64,000 nt of DNA. Origin: Candidatus Altimarinota bacterium. Lineage in GTDB: Bacteria; Patescibacteriota; Gracilibacteria; 1-14-2-50-48-13. Location of the stretch: assembly GCA_046314355.1 (NCBI GenBank), contig JBKBWQ010000001.1, positions 320,001 through 384,000 of the forward strand. The letters are read 5' to 3'. This document shows positions 48,617 through 58,159 of the stretch, one piece after another. A program made the position numbers and the translations under genes. How positions within the stretch are numbered: position 1 is the stretch's first letter; every line of letters starts with the position of its first letter. The notes beneath the pieces are model-generated. The model was not told the origin of the DNA and made no database searches. It saw only the letters and a list, made by a program, of their open reading frames with translations.

Positions 48617-48853
48617 ATGCCTCCAAAAGCAGCAGCAAAAGCACCTGTGGAAACTCCAGCTCCAGCACATAAAGATAACTCAATGAATGTGTACAAGCAT
48701 CATCTAGAAATGAAAGGAGAGTATATGAAGCATTCTAAATGGCATACCTGGGAATCTCCCATCGGACTAAGCATTTTTCTGCTTTCACTCTGTCTTTGTC
48801 TTGTAGTGCTCGCATATGCATTTGGACTTCTGCGGACAGTGGGATTATTCTAA
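48617..48853 (+). CDS. Small membrane protein
   Basis: WESPIGLSIFLL TM; own promoter TTGACA-16-TATAGT (48561-48588) and terminator. Confidence 0.65.
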   Translation: MPPKAAAKAPVETPAPAHKDNSMNVYKHHLEMKGEYMKHSKWHTWESPIGLSIFLLSLCLCLVVLAYAFGLLRTVGLF

Positions 48854-48864
48854 TTTGTACTCCA

Positions 48865-48898
48865 AATAAAAGAGCATGGCGTCCTATGCTCTTTTATT
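48865..48898 (+). terminator. Intrinsic terminator
   Basis: AATAAAAGAGCAT-loop-ATGCTCTTTTATT. Confidence 0.8.
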
Positions 48899-48955
48899 GT
48901 GTATTGACTTTCTAGGCTTCTAAAGACATAGTAGATTCACTTTTTAAAAAACATT

Positions 48956-50206
48956 ATGGGATCACAGCCGCCACTTAAAATCAGACATTTGAATCTTCAG
49001 ACCAATGGTGTCGCCCAAAACGGCGGTGACCATTTTGAAGTCCCATTTACTCTTCAAGGTGAGGTGTGTATCCCGAAGATTGTAGAGAAGAAAGGAAAAA
49101 CTATTTTTGCGCTTCCTGAGAGCATAACAAAGCGGTCTCTTCAGAGAATCCCGCCTGACTGTATGCACTTTACAAGATGTGGGGGATGTCATCTGAGACA
49201 TGTAGAATATGAAGACAGCGTACGAATCAAAGAATCTGTATTTAAGAAAGCCTTGGAAAAATATAATAGTGAGAAAAAGGTACAGGAAGCAATATTTAGT
49301 CTTAATATTGTTGCCGCCCTAAATCCTTTTCATTATAGAAATACTGCCCGCTTTTATATAGAAGACGGAGTACTCAAACAGCATGAGATGCTGACTCATG
49401 AGAACTTTCATATGAAGGAGTGCTATACAGTCTCCCAGAAGACATTTAGAAAAGCAAAAGAAATACTTTCATTGCTCCCAGAAACTATTGTAGAATTAGA
49501 GCTCAAAGAAAACTCCCGGGGAGAGCACATGTGTATAATAAGCGGCACACTTTTAAAGGAACTTCCGAAGATCCCTGCAGAAAGTGTGTATTTATATGAT
49601 AGAGAAAAGAAAGCTTTTGATCATCTTCAAGGTGTAAAAACCATTATGCATTCTCTGCATATAAAAGAGAATACGTTTCAATTTGAGATCGGACCAGATT
49701 CATTTTTTCAGGTAAACACAAAGATGGCAGAGGAGCTTTATACTCATATATCAAAATATGTGTACGGTAGGGGGGTGCTCTACGATCTTTTTGCAGGAAC
49801 AGGTACTATCGGAATAATTATGGCAAAGATCTTTCCTAAATTAGCAGTGAAAAGTGTAGAAAAAAATAGAGAGATGGTGGAAATATCACAAAGGAATGCT
49901 GTCCGAAATCAGGTAAAAAATATAGAGTTTCACCAGAATGATGTATTTAAGATGCAGATCAATGAAAAGTCTGACTCTATCATCATCGATCCGCCGAGAA
50001 AGGGGATGGATAAAAATGCCTTGGAGAATCTCATGTCTCTGCAGAGTTCGCAGATTATTTATGTATCATGCAGTCCTGCTACATTCCTGAGAGATATGGA
50101 GCAGATGCTTCCTCAGTATGAACTTAAAAATGTTACATTGTTTGATATGATCCCTTATACTTCGCATATCGAAGTGGTTGGAATATTTGAAAAACGGGCT
50201 CTATAA
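48956..50206 (+). CDS. rlmD: RlmD/TrmA-family RNA m5U methyltransferase
   Basis: CMHFTRCGGC, SFFQVN, DLFAGTGTIG, IDPPRKG, YVSCSP, HIEVV. Confidence 0.88.
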   Translation: MGSQPPLKIRHLNLQTNGVAQNGGDHFEVPFTLQGEVCIPKIVEKKGKTIFALPESITKRSLQRIPPDCMHFTRCGGCHLRHVEYEDSVRIKESVFKKALEKYNSEKKVQEAIFSLNIVAALNPFHYRNTARFYIEDGVLKQHEMLTHENFHMKECYTVSQKTFRKAKEILSLLPETIVELELKENSRGEHMCIISGTLLKELPKIPAESVYLYDREKKAFDHLQGVKTIMHSLHIKENTFQFEIGPDSFFQVNTKMAEELYTHISKYVYGRGVLYDLFAGTGTIGIIMAKIFPKLAVKSVEKNREMVEISQRNAVRNQVKNIEFHQNDVFKMQINEKSDSIIIDPPRKGMDKNALENLMSLQSSQIIYVSCSPATFLRDMEQMLPQYELKNVTLFDMIPYTSHIEVVGIFEKRAL

Positions 50207-50605
50207 CTCGACGATTTCCTTAATAGCTCCAAAGATGTCTTTCCATCCCGCAACTGCATCTTCATATTCTTTGTCTTCGATTGGTTTTTTAAATTCCGCT
50301 TTCCCTGTGAGCAGTGTTATTTCGTCGAATTCTTCGAAAGTATAGGTATTTATAAGCAGCACCTGGTCAGGAGATTCCATATCTACGAGAGTATGTTTGA
50401 GAAAGCAGCTTGGCTCTATCTCAAGAATCTTGCCTTTGGTGTATATTTCTCCTTCTACACTCATCCAGCTGATCTCAGATCCCACTTTCCACTCTGAAAT
50501 ATATTCACCTCCTAACGCCCGGCTAAGTTTTGGATTGGTAAAATACTCCCAGACCTTTGATGCAGGAGCCATGATCTCTATAGATTCTTTAAGATATTTA
50601 TGCAT
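50201..50605 (-). CDS. SRPBCC/AHSA1 domain protein
   Basis: APASKVWEYFTNP, SEWKVGS, GW near the C-terminus. Confidence 0.85.
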   Translation of the reverse strand: MHKYLKESIEIMAPASKVWEYFTNPKLSRALGGEYISEWKVGSEISWMSVEGEIYTKGKILEIEPSCFLKHTLVDMESPDQVLLINTYTFEEFDEITLLTGKAEFKKPIEDKEYEDAVAGWKDIFGAIKEIVEL

Positions 50606-50609
50606 AAAT

Positions 50610-51434
50610 TTATGTAATGGATTTGGTACGTGAGATTTCCCATGCGATCATAGCAGTTTTTCTTTTCGGATCCCAATGATAATTGCCGAGAATCCCGCTC
50701 GCCTGTATGACTCGGTGACAAGGTATAAGATAAGCCACAGGATTCTGTCCTACAGCTGTACCTACAGCTCTATGTGCCTTTTGATGCCCTATAGCTGACG
50801 CAATATGTCCGTATGTAGTAAGTCTTCCTTCAGGGATGTGAAGTAGTGCTTCCCAAACCTTTAATTGAAAAGGTGTTCCTCTCAAATGCAGTTTAATTTT
50901 TTCTACACTCTCGTGTCTCAACATGCGTAGTACTTGTTCATGCAGTTCATCTTTTCCATGAGTATATACTGCATTCTCAAATCTCTGTTTTATTTGTTCT
51001 AGACCTTCTGGAAGGGAATCTGCATAGGAAATATGACAGATACCTTTTGAAGTACTGCCTATAATTACAAATCCAAAAGGCGTTTCTTCAAAACAATAGG
51101 AGATCTCAAGCCCAGCTCCTCCATTTTTATATTCACCTGGAGTCATGCCTTCAATAGTGACAAAAAGATCATACAGCCTTCCAGTACTGGATAGACCTGT
51201 CTTATGTGCAATGCTTAGAAAGTTATCTTCCAGCAGCATTTTCTTTGCGTAGGAAATATTTAAGAATTTAAGAAATTTCTTGGGACTTACGCCTGCCCAC
51301 TGAGTAAATATTTTTTGAAAATGAAAAGGACTCATGTGTACAGATTCAGCAATACTTTCGAGAGAAGGCTGTTCATGGGCATGATCTTTTATATATTCGA
51401 TGGCCTTTGCTATTTGCTGAAAATAAAGAGACAT
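50610..51434 (-). CDS. ogt: AraC-HTH + O6-methylguanine-DNA methyltransferase (Ada-like, lacking the N-terminal Zn domain)
   Basis: SPFHFQKIF, GTPFQLKVW, RAVGTA, IPCHRV. Confidence 0.9.
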   Translation of the reverse strand: MSLYFQQIAKAIEYIKDHAHEQPSLESIAESVHMSPFHFQKIFTQWAGVSPKKFLKFLNISYAKKMLLEDNFLSIAHKTGLSSTGRLYDLFVTIEGMTPGEYKNGGAGLEISYCFEETPFGFVIIGSTSKGICHISYADSLPEGLEQIKQRFENAVYTHGKDELHEQVLRMLRHESVEKIKLHLRGTPFQLKVWEALLHIPEGRLTTYGHIASAIGHQKAHRAVGTAVGQNPVAYLIPCHRVIQASGILGNYHWDPKRKTAMIAWEISRTKSIT

Positions 51435-51504
51435 AGAAAGATGAAAATATTCTTACACACAGCCTATCAAGAATACAGATGAAAACAAACCGAATCTTGC
51501 GAAT

Positions 51505-51542
51505 AAAAAAATCCCTTCTCTTTCATGGAAGAGAAGGGATTT
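51505..51542 (-). terminator. Intrinsic terminator
   Basis: AAATCCCTTCTCTT-loop-AAGAGAAGGGATTT. Confidence 0.8.
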
Positions 51543-51550
51543 CTTGATAA

Positions 51551-52684
51551 TTATTTAAGCAGAACATCAACAGTACCTGAAACACCGTTTGTTACACTGC
51601 CTGCTTCCTGAAGAGTCGCATCTACAGCTCCGTTCACCGTACCAGAGACAGGAGCCGTCGCGGAAGGAACGTTTACATTTACTCCGCCAGTAGTATTGAG
51701 AGTGTTTGTAGCACCATTCACTGTACCTTTTACATCAACATTTACTCCTGTAGATGGAGAAGTCGGTTTCGCTGGCACAGCAGGTTTAGTGGCTGGTTTA
51801 ACAGCAGGGATCTTTACAGAACCTTTTACATCAAGTGTATTTTCAACTTTTTCTGGAGCAGCTTTCTTTAATACTCCATCTGTAAGATTTGTATTCAAAA
51901 GAAGTTTTGCAGCGGCATCTGCTCCAATACTAGAAGTTACCTTAGCTTTCGCTTCTACTAAGGATTTCTCAAGTGCCTTTAAAGCAAAATGAACATCTCC
52001 GCCTGCTGCAAGAAGAGCATTTGCATTTATGTGAGTACCTTTCTGTGTATTTATAAGATTCTCAGTGATAGAGATACGTGCATGTAATTTGTCTAATGCA
52101 GCTTTTGCATCTAACGAAAGAGCTGCATTTTCTTGTAGAAGGGAAGCTTCTGCATCAAGATCTAAAAGATTTTTTTCTAGAGAGGCTATATTCGTAGCTA
52201 GAGGTGTCTGAACATCTGCAGCAAGAGTAATCACGGTACCAAGATCTTTGCCTGCCTGAGTCATGACATCACTTTGTACCTTTGCTGCGGTATCTAGGAT
52301 TCCATCCAGCACTTTGCTTTCATTTAAGAAATCTTCATAGTTCGGCACATTTTTAAGTAGTTCCAGCTGCTCTAGAGCAAGACGTGGATAGATCTTTGAT
52401 TCATTGAATACCTGCAGTGTCTCAGGTGTAAGTTTTTTATCACCCTGATTCTTACTGACTGCAGTTTGAAGTGCTGTGGAACTATCCTGTAAGTCCTTCA
52501 CTCTTGTTTCAAAGTTTTTCTGCATTCCATTACGAAGTAGCGTACAATCTGTACTTGCTACAGTATTACTGCTTTTACTTATATCAGAAGTAAGTGAGCT
52601 CTCAGCACATCCACTGAGCAGTACCAATGAGAGCACAAGTGCACCAGAGGCAATACCTGTCCGTTTTAGTTTTTGTCTGATCAT
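51551..52684 (-). CDS. Putative helical lipoprotein with Pro/Thr/Val-rich tail
   Basis: VLLSGC lipobox; Ala/Leu-rich helices. Confidence 0.65.
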   Translation of the reverse strand: MIRQKLKRTGIASGALVLSLVLLSGCAESSLTSDISKSSNTVASTDCTLLRNGMQKNFETRVKDLQDSSTALQTAVSKNQGDKKLTPETLQVFNESKIYPRLALEQLELLKNVPNYEDFLNESKVLDGILDTAAKVQSDVMTQAGKDLGTVITLAADVQTPLATNIASLEKNLLDLDAEASLLQENAALSLDAKAALDKLHARISITENLINTQKGTHINANALLAAGGDVHFALKALEKSLVEAKAKVTSSIGADAAAKLLLNTNLTDGVLKKAAPEKVENTLDVKGSVKIPAVKPATKPAVPAKPTSPSTGVNVDVKGTVNGATNTLNTTGGVNVNVPSATAPVSGTVNGAVDATLQEAGSVTNGVSGTVDVLLK

Positions 52685-52751
52685 AATAAAATAGATTGAG
52701 GGTAAAATATCTATTTATTATTATACCATATTTAAAATATTTAGGAAATTT

Positions 52752-53393
52752 CTACAATTGCTCAGGATAGAGAACTCTTCTAAAGGTAAGATTAATGCGG
52801 GGAGAATGTATTTTCTTTGATTTAGGTAAAGAATGCAGCCAGTACTTTTGCGTCTCCCCCTTCATCAAGAGTAAACTGCCATGTTCTAGAATAAGAGATA
52901 GAGTTTCTTTAGTATCTTTATTCTTAAAAGAAAATTTTCTTTCAGCTCCTAAACTCAGAGAGGCAATAATAATATCTTTGCCAAACTCCTTTTCATTATC
53001 ACTATGCCAGCCTAGTCCTTCAGATCCATCACTATAGAGATTCAAGAGACATGAGTTAAATGCAGTACCAGTAATCTTTTCTATAAGTACCTTTAATTCG
53101 AGCAGCTCCTTTGTCCAAATATGTCCTTGTCTTGTAATATGCGAATAGGTATACGTATATGCTTTGTCAGCATACCATGCGACTTTTCTTCCGGTAATTA
53201 TATGTTTTCCATACATCACTACTTCGTCATTTTTCCAGGGAATAGTACTGAGAAAGTTCTCTAAATAAAAATCTGCTTCTACTGAGTCTAATGCTTTTCC
53301 AAAATAAAAAGCTTCACCATCTATCGGGAGAATATTAATGCACTCCTCATCCCTTGATGAAAACAAATCTGTCTGAGAGTAATTGAGCATCAT
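52752..53393 (-). CDS. alkB: AlkB-family 2OG-Fe(II) dioxygenase
   Basis: FNSCLLNLY, WHSDNE, SLSLGAER, HSLPK, RINLTFR. Confidence 0.92.
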   Translation of the reverse strand: MMLNYSQTDLFSSRDEECINILPIDGEAFYFGKALDSVEADFYLENFLSTIPWKNDEVVMYGKHIITGRKVAWYADKAYTYTYSHITRQGHIWTKELLELKVLIEKITGTAFNSCLLNLYSDGSEGLGWHSDNEKEFGKDIIIASLSLGAERKFSFKNKDTKETLSLILEHGSLLLMKGETQKYWLHSLPKSKKIHSPRINLTFRRVLYPEQL

Positions 53394-53411
53394 TCATTAT
53401 AGTGTGACAAT

Positions 53412-53699
53412 CTAGACTGCATCGAAATATTCCACTTCAATATGAGATAAAAGAGATCTTATCTTTGGGAAATACTCTCTGCCATACTCAGCATCTTGAT
53501 GTTTCTGCCATGAAGCCTGATCTTCGTAGAGCTCTGATACAACATATGCTCCTTTCTTAGTGCGTGATTTAAAAAGGTCATAATAGATATTTCCGATATG
53601 ATCTTCTTTTACTAATCCTTGAAGTTCTGAAAAAAGTCTTTCAAATTCGTTTTCCTGACCTTCTAGTACCTGAATATTTTTTATACCGCCAACTCTCAT
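53412..53699 (-). CDS. Antibiotic biosynthesis monooxygenase (ABM) domain protein
   Basis: GNIYYDLF, YVVSELYEDQASWQKH. Confidence 0.8.
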   Translation of the reverse strand: MRVGGIKNIQVLEGQENEFERLFSELQGLVKEDHIGNIYYDLFKSRTKKGAYVVSELYEDQASWQKHQDAEYGREYFPKIRSLLSHIEVEYFDAV

Positions 53700-53704
53700 A
53701 TCGT

Positions 53705-53742
53705 AAAAAAGTGGATAAAGTCTTCAAGACTACTTTATCCAC
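53705..53742 (-). terminator. Intrinsic terminator
   Basis: GTGGATAAAGT...ACTTTATCCAC followed by U6 on the minus strand. Confidence 0.7.
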
Positions 53743-53763
53743 GATCCGTATCAAATACCAGAA

Positions 53764-54150
53764 CTATTCTGTAGTTTTTCCATCAAAATGCTCTTCCTTC
53801 TCATCAGCTTTCGTCTTATGTACTGTCCTGTCTTTATGCTCCGCGGGAGAGTAAAGAGAATACAAACGAAGTGGAATAGTACCAGTGTTCACAACATTAT
53901 GTTTTGCTCCCTGAGGAATAATCACTGCAAATTCTTTTTTTACCTCATATTCATTCTCATCTATGTACACCTTGCCTTCACCTTCCTCGATACGAAGGAA
54001 CTGATCTACACCATGGATCTCTTCTCCCACCTCATCTCCGGGCTGGATACACATAAGTACCAGCTGACTACTTTTTGCGGTATAGAGTACACGGCGGTAA
54101 TCATTATTATCTAGAGTTTCCTGTTCAATGTTTAAGACATATCCTCTCAT
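53764..54150 (-). CDS. Cupin domain protein
   Basis: QLVLM, GEEIH, DQFLRIEEG, HNVVNTG. Confidence 0.9.
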   Translation of the reverse strand: MRGYVLNIEQETLDNNDYRRVLYTAKSSQLVLMCIQPGDEVGEEIHGVDQFLRIEEGEGKVYIDENEYEVKKEFAVIIPQGAKHNVVNTGTIPLRLYSLYSPAEHKDRTVHKTKADEKEEHFDGKTTE

Positions 54151-54227
54151 AGCATTATGGTTAGAATGTTAATATATCATTGTAGGCTTGAAGAAAATAT
54201 TTAGCAAGCAAGAGATAAGATAAATTG

Positions 54228-54572
54228 CTACAAACTCTTTCCGTCTACCTGTGTGACAGGAAGTGCAGGGATATCTATATCCTGAACCGTACGGACATTT
54301 ACAGCAAAAGATTTTGTCCCGTCTTCATTATTCACTGATGCAAAACACTGAACGCCGCATACAGGACAAAACTCATGCATGATCTTATCCTTATTAAAAA
54401 GATATTTTGTGAGCGGTTTTTCTGGTGCATTTATAGAGATTTGATCCTGTGAAACAAAAGCAAGAAGGAAACCTTTTCTACTGCATATAGAACAGTTGCA
54501 TTCCATAACTTCAGTAATAGGAGCATCAACAGTGAACTCTATATTTTTACAGTGACATGATCCGTGGAACAT
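54228..54572 (-). CDS. GFA/CENP-V family Zn protein
   Basis: GSCHC, CNCSIC, FCPVCG, VNVR. Confidence 0.92.
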   Translation of the reverse strand: MFHGSCHCKNIEFTVDAPITEVMECNCSICSRKGFLLAFVSQDQISINAPEKPLTKYLFNKDKIMHEFCPVCGVQCFASVNNEDGTKSFAVNVRTVQDIDIPALPVTQVDGKSL

Positions 54573-54733
54573 ACTGAGAGAGTTAAGGGTAAGAATAGGG
54601 AATACGTGAACATCCCTTTGCCTCTAGGATACAGAGTAAGAAGCGCAATATCAACAAAAACTTTGTAAGCATACTAAATAGTATTTGATGAGATTCTATC
54701 TAGGAATATAATAAAAATATAACCACCTCTCTT

Positions 54734-55180
54734 ATGGAAAAACCTCAATATATCATTTCAGATTTAGATGGGACTATTGCTCTCATAGGGCATCGTCAGT
54801 ATTTAGTGAAAGGTAAAAACAGAAATTTTGATAAATTTAATGACCTCTGTGATAAAGACACACCAAATCTAGCTGTCATAGAAGTATTGAAAACTCTAAG
54901 ATCCGCAGGATATAAACTCATCATTACCAGCGGACGGGATGACCGGGCAAAAGAAAAAACTGTGAATTGGCTGAAGCAGCATGGTATCGAATATGAAATG
55001 CTGCTGATGCGCAGAAGCGGAGACTATACTCCTGACCAGGAACTGAAAGAGCAGTGGCTCCTTGAAAAACTTCCGCCAAAAGAAAATATCCTCTGTGTGT
55101 TTGATGATAGAAACAGGGTAGTAGATATGTGGAGAAGTCATGGGCTGAGCTGCTTTCAGGTGGCGGAGGGGAATTTTTAA
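54734..55180 (+). CDS. HAD phosphatase of the polynucleotide kinase/phosphatase (PseT C-terminal) type
   Basis: DLDGT, SGR, LLMR, FDDR, VDMWR, FQVAEGNF. Confidence 0.88.
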   Translation: MEKPQYIISDLDGTIALIGHRQYLVKGKNRNFDKFNDLCDKDTPNLAVIEVLKTLRSAGYKLIITSGRDDRAKEKTVNWLKQHGIEYEMLLMRRSGDYTPDQELKEQWLLEKLPPKENILCVFDDRNRVVDMWRSHGLSCFQVAEGNF

Positions 55181-55572
55181 TTGTTATCCCCTGATAGGTA
55201 TTGAGTGAGAAGTTCAATATCAACAAAATCCTTTTCACGGCCGAGATCTTTTTTCAATCTGAAAAGATATTCCGGACGAACAACAGGAATACCTTCAAAT
55301 ATCTCAGCGGTATCAATCATCTCATCTATCTCTCCCGTCAAACTTTTCCAATCACGGAAGATATCTATATTCTCAAACTGCAGAGAGGGAGGTGAATCAT
55401 GAAAATTTTCAGGGTATTTTTTAATTAAATCATCCCAAAGCTCTTTTTTCACTGCAATATCCAAATCCTTTGCATCACGAAGACCTCTGACAGCAAGTAC
55501 TGTACTTCCGAATAAAGCATATTGTCCAAAAGGAAGATGAAGACTTTCTAATCCTTTTCTGAAAGGTATCAT
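55177..55572 (-). CDS. Minimal nucleotidyltransferase-fold hypothetical protein
   Basis: FGS...GLRDAKDLDI, GREKD. Confidence 0.6.
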   Translation of the reverse strand: MIPFRKGLESLHLPFGQYALFGSTVLAVRGLRDAKDLDIAVKKELWDDLIKKYPENFHDSPPSLQFENIDIFRDWKSLTGEIDEMIDTAEIFEGIPVVRPEYLFRLKKDLGREKDFVDIELLTQYLSGDNN

Positions 55573-56597
55573 AGGAATCTTGTTAAGAGTTCGGTAATTA
55601 TTTTCTGCTTTTCGATATTACAGCTATTACACCATATATCAGGCATGTCTGTTTTTTCTTTATTATAGTCTTCAAAACTCAACCATCTCATCTCAGCGAT
55701 TTCTTTATCTATGAAATCAAGTAACTCATCTTTGTAAATATAAAGATATCCTTCAAAGAAATGTCTATGAGCCTCATTTTTTCCTTTTTCAATCAGATGA
55801 AAATTATTTTCATCTCCGTTTATACCGGTCTCTTCGGCTAACTCTCTTTGAGCACCTTGCAGAAATGTCTCGCCCGCCTGAACATGTCCGCCGAAGAAAG
55901 TCTGCCATTTACCGAGATTACCTTTTACATTATCTGAGCGCTTTGAGCAAAGCAGTTCACCTTTTGAATTTATTATCCATATATTCGCCACTCCGTGAAA
56001 GTATTTTCGCGGTTCGGCGTAAATCAGTGAACGGGGAAGAGGTTCCGAGGGTTTTCCATCTTTAGTGTACGTTTGTAAGGTTTCATTTTCGGAATTGTGA
56101 GAGAAAGAGGAATCTTTCTTTTTTCTATTTATTATAAACAATACCAACGCCCAAATAATAATCCCTACTTCAAATAATGCAGTCCAGTGTAGAAGGAAGT
56201 TATAGATCCAAAAGCCATATGCATTTGGAACTGTGAATAAGTATAAACTTGTACTGGAAAAAGGTTGTAGCCATTCTATTCTTCCAACCACTGTATCTAG
56301 AAAGAGATGAAGAAAAATATTACTGAAGACAATGATCGCATAAATAAAGTATTCTTTCTTCTTAAGAAAAGAAATACATATAAACGCTGTAAACGCAATT
56401 ATCAGCCAAAAGAATGGAATATGCGTCCAATAGCTATGATGAAGATGAGCTCTATTATCCAGTAGATAAAAATATAGCATATCTAAATCAGGCAGCAAAC
56501 TAGCTATTAACCCTACAGTTAGAAATCTTTGAGTCCTAAGTTTAGACTGTAGAGTTTTTGTAAGTATATATCCCGCTGGAAGATGGGCTATGAACAT
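55569..56597 (-). CDS. YdjM-like membrane metal-dependent hydrolase fused to a NUDIX domain
   Basis: MFIAHLPAGY, LPDLD, HHSYWTH, HLFLD; then GGHVQAGETFLQGAQRELAEETG. Confidence 0.82.
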   Translation of the reverse strand: MFIAHLPAGYILTKTLQSKLRTQRFLTVGLIASLLPDLDMLYFYLLDNRAHLHHSYWTHIPFFWLIIAFTAFICISFLKKKEYFIYAIIVFSNIFLHLFLDTVVGRIEWLQPFSSTSLYLFTVPNAYGFWIYNFLLHWTALFEVGIIIWALVLFIINRKKKDSSFSHNSENETLQTYTKDGKPSEPLPRSLIYAEPRKYFHGVANIWIINSKGELLCSKRSDNVKGNLGKWQTFFGGHVQAGETFLQGAQRELAEETGINGDENNFHLIEKGKNEAHRHFFEGYLYIYKDELLDFIDKEIAEMRWLSFEDYNKEKTDMPDIWCNSCNIEKQKIITELLTRFL

Positions 56598-56606
56598 ATG
56601 ATTTTA

Positions 56607-57017
56607 TTATAATCCTTTAGGCTTCCATCCTGCATTCTTCGCATTTACTATCGGGAGAAACATCGGAGAGGGAAGATTGTTCCACTCAAACCAGTCCCAC
56701 TCAGTACATTCATCAGGTTCAATGATTGCTGCATCACCGTTTTCAATTTCTGTTTCTACAAAAATAGTCACATAATGTTTCTGTTCTTTTTCGAAAATAT
56801 CATTTGATACAAAAGAAAACTCTACACTCTCAATACTTATACCCGTCTCCTCCTCAGTCTCACGGATAGCACACACAGACCAAGCTTCGCCATACTCCAA
56901 TGCTCCTCCAGGAAATCCCCAGGATCCTTCACCGTGGGATCCTTTTCTTTTTCCCAGTAATACTTTACCTTCTTTCTTGATACATACTCCTACACCGACA
57001 TGGGGGATATTGTTCAT
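56607..57017 (-). CDS. NUDIX hydrolase (NUDT15/MTH2-like)
   Basis: VGVGV, LGKRKGSHG, PGGALEYGE...RETEEETG, HYVTIF, EPDEC. Confidence 0.9.
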   Translation of the reverse strand: MNNIPHVGVGVCIKKEGKVLLGKRKGSHGEGSWGFPGGALEYGEAWSVCAIRETEEETGISIESVEFSFVSNDIFEKEQKHYVTIFVETEIENGDAAIIEPDECTEWDWFEWNNLPSPMFLPIVNAKNAGWKPKGL

Positions 57018-57106
57018 GACACGTACAAGGTGATTTTTAATAGACCTAATATACTCTAAACTAAACAAAACTCAAATTCAGAAAAAAGTCCGAATACTCA
57101 GATAAC

Positions 57107-57135
57107 AAAAAGACCCGCTTGAAGTGAGTCTTTTC
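57107..57135 (-). terminator. Intrinsic terminator
   Basis: AAAAGAC(T/C)C...GTCTTTT hairpin after the 33-aa ORF. Confidence 0.6.
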
Positions 57136-57150
57136 GTTCTGGCTAAATTT

Positions 57151-57252
57151 TTATCTAAAGAAGATCAGATAAATGATAACTGCCATAAATAGTCCGCCGC
57201 CGAAGAACCATGAGATGCATGAAGCTGTTGCAAAGTCTTTTAATCCTGCCAT
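57151..57252 (-). CDS. 33-aa small membrane peptide
   Basis: MAGLKDFATASCISWFFGGGLFMAVIIYLIFFR; followed by a terminator; below the ORF-track cutoff. Confidence 0.55.
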   Translation of the reverse strand: MAGLKDFATASCISWFFGGGLFMAVIIYLIFFR

Positions 57253-57337
57253 AGGGAAGAGATTATTATGTAGAATCTAGAAGTATAGCATTAAATTCTA
57301 CAATTGAAAAACTGACTGTAAAAATTTACAGCAAAGT

Positions 57338-57757
57338 CTACGCTTCACCCTCAGCACATTTCTTAAAATTATCTAAGATTGACTGCCATCCACGTTTTTG
57401 TAATTCAAGTGAATTCTCACCTTCGGCTTCGAATTCGACAGTTACTTTTGTATTATTCCCTAGATCCATAAAATGAACTTCTACAGCTCGATCACCGATA
57501 GTATATGCAATAAGCTTATGAAAATTCACTTCAGTATATGTCCCCTTAAAATCAAATCCATGAGTACCGTCCTTTGATTCCATTCTATTATTGAATTTTC
57601 CCCCTGTACGCACATCATTCTCTGAAGAAGGGCAATACCAGTCTTCGGATGCAAAATTCCACTGCATAATATACTCAGGTTTTGTATAAACATCCCATGT
57701 TGTTTCGATAGGTGCTTCTACCATAGTTTCAATAGTGATGACGGGGTTGTTTGCCAT
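57338..57757 (-). CDS. SRPBCC/AHSA1 domain protein
   Basis: QWNFASEDWYCP, RMESKDG, GFDF, GWQSILDNFK. Confidence 0.9.
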   Translation of the reverse strand: MANNPVITIETMVEAPIETTWDVYTKPEYIMQWNFASEDWYCPSSENDVRTGGKFNNRMESKDGTHGFDFKGTYTEVNFHKLIAYTIGDRAVEVHFMDLGNNTKVTVEFEAEGENSLELQKRGWQSILDNFKKCAEGEA

Positions 57758-57934
57758 GATATTTGTAATAATTTGTAGAATATGTGTACTTAAGCTCAGT
57801 TCCAATCGCTATAACTGAGAAGCCTCGACCTTACGAGATTAACGCAAATCTTTCTCCAAAGAGACTAAAGTATAGTTAGAGTATATCAAAATAAAGAAAA
57901 TAAACAAACTAAGTGTGAGAAAGGTCACTTAAGA

Positions 57935-58078
57935 TCACCATCGCTTGAAGGCGTTTTTCCCAAGGTGCAAAAAGATGATCATGATAAAAATCATAAGAGA
58001 GCTGCTATATGCTTTATGAAGAAGCTTTTTAGAAGAAGACACAAAGGCATATGGTTCTTCATCAAGAACGGGTTTCAT
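57935..58078 (-). CDS. Possible 47-aa small membrane protein
   Basis: MKPVLDEEPYAF...SLMIFIMIIFLHLGKNAFKRW. Confidence 0.3.
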   Translation of the reverse strand: MKPVLDEEPYAFVSSSKKLLHKAYSSSLMIFIMIIFLHLGKNAFKRW

Positions 58079-58159
58079 TGATTAAAGGAGAATAGAGAGA
58101 TTATTTTAAAGGAAGTTCATTAGAATATATTATTTTTGTCTTTTCACCAATACTTTAGA

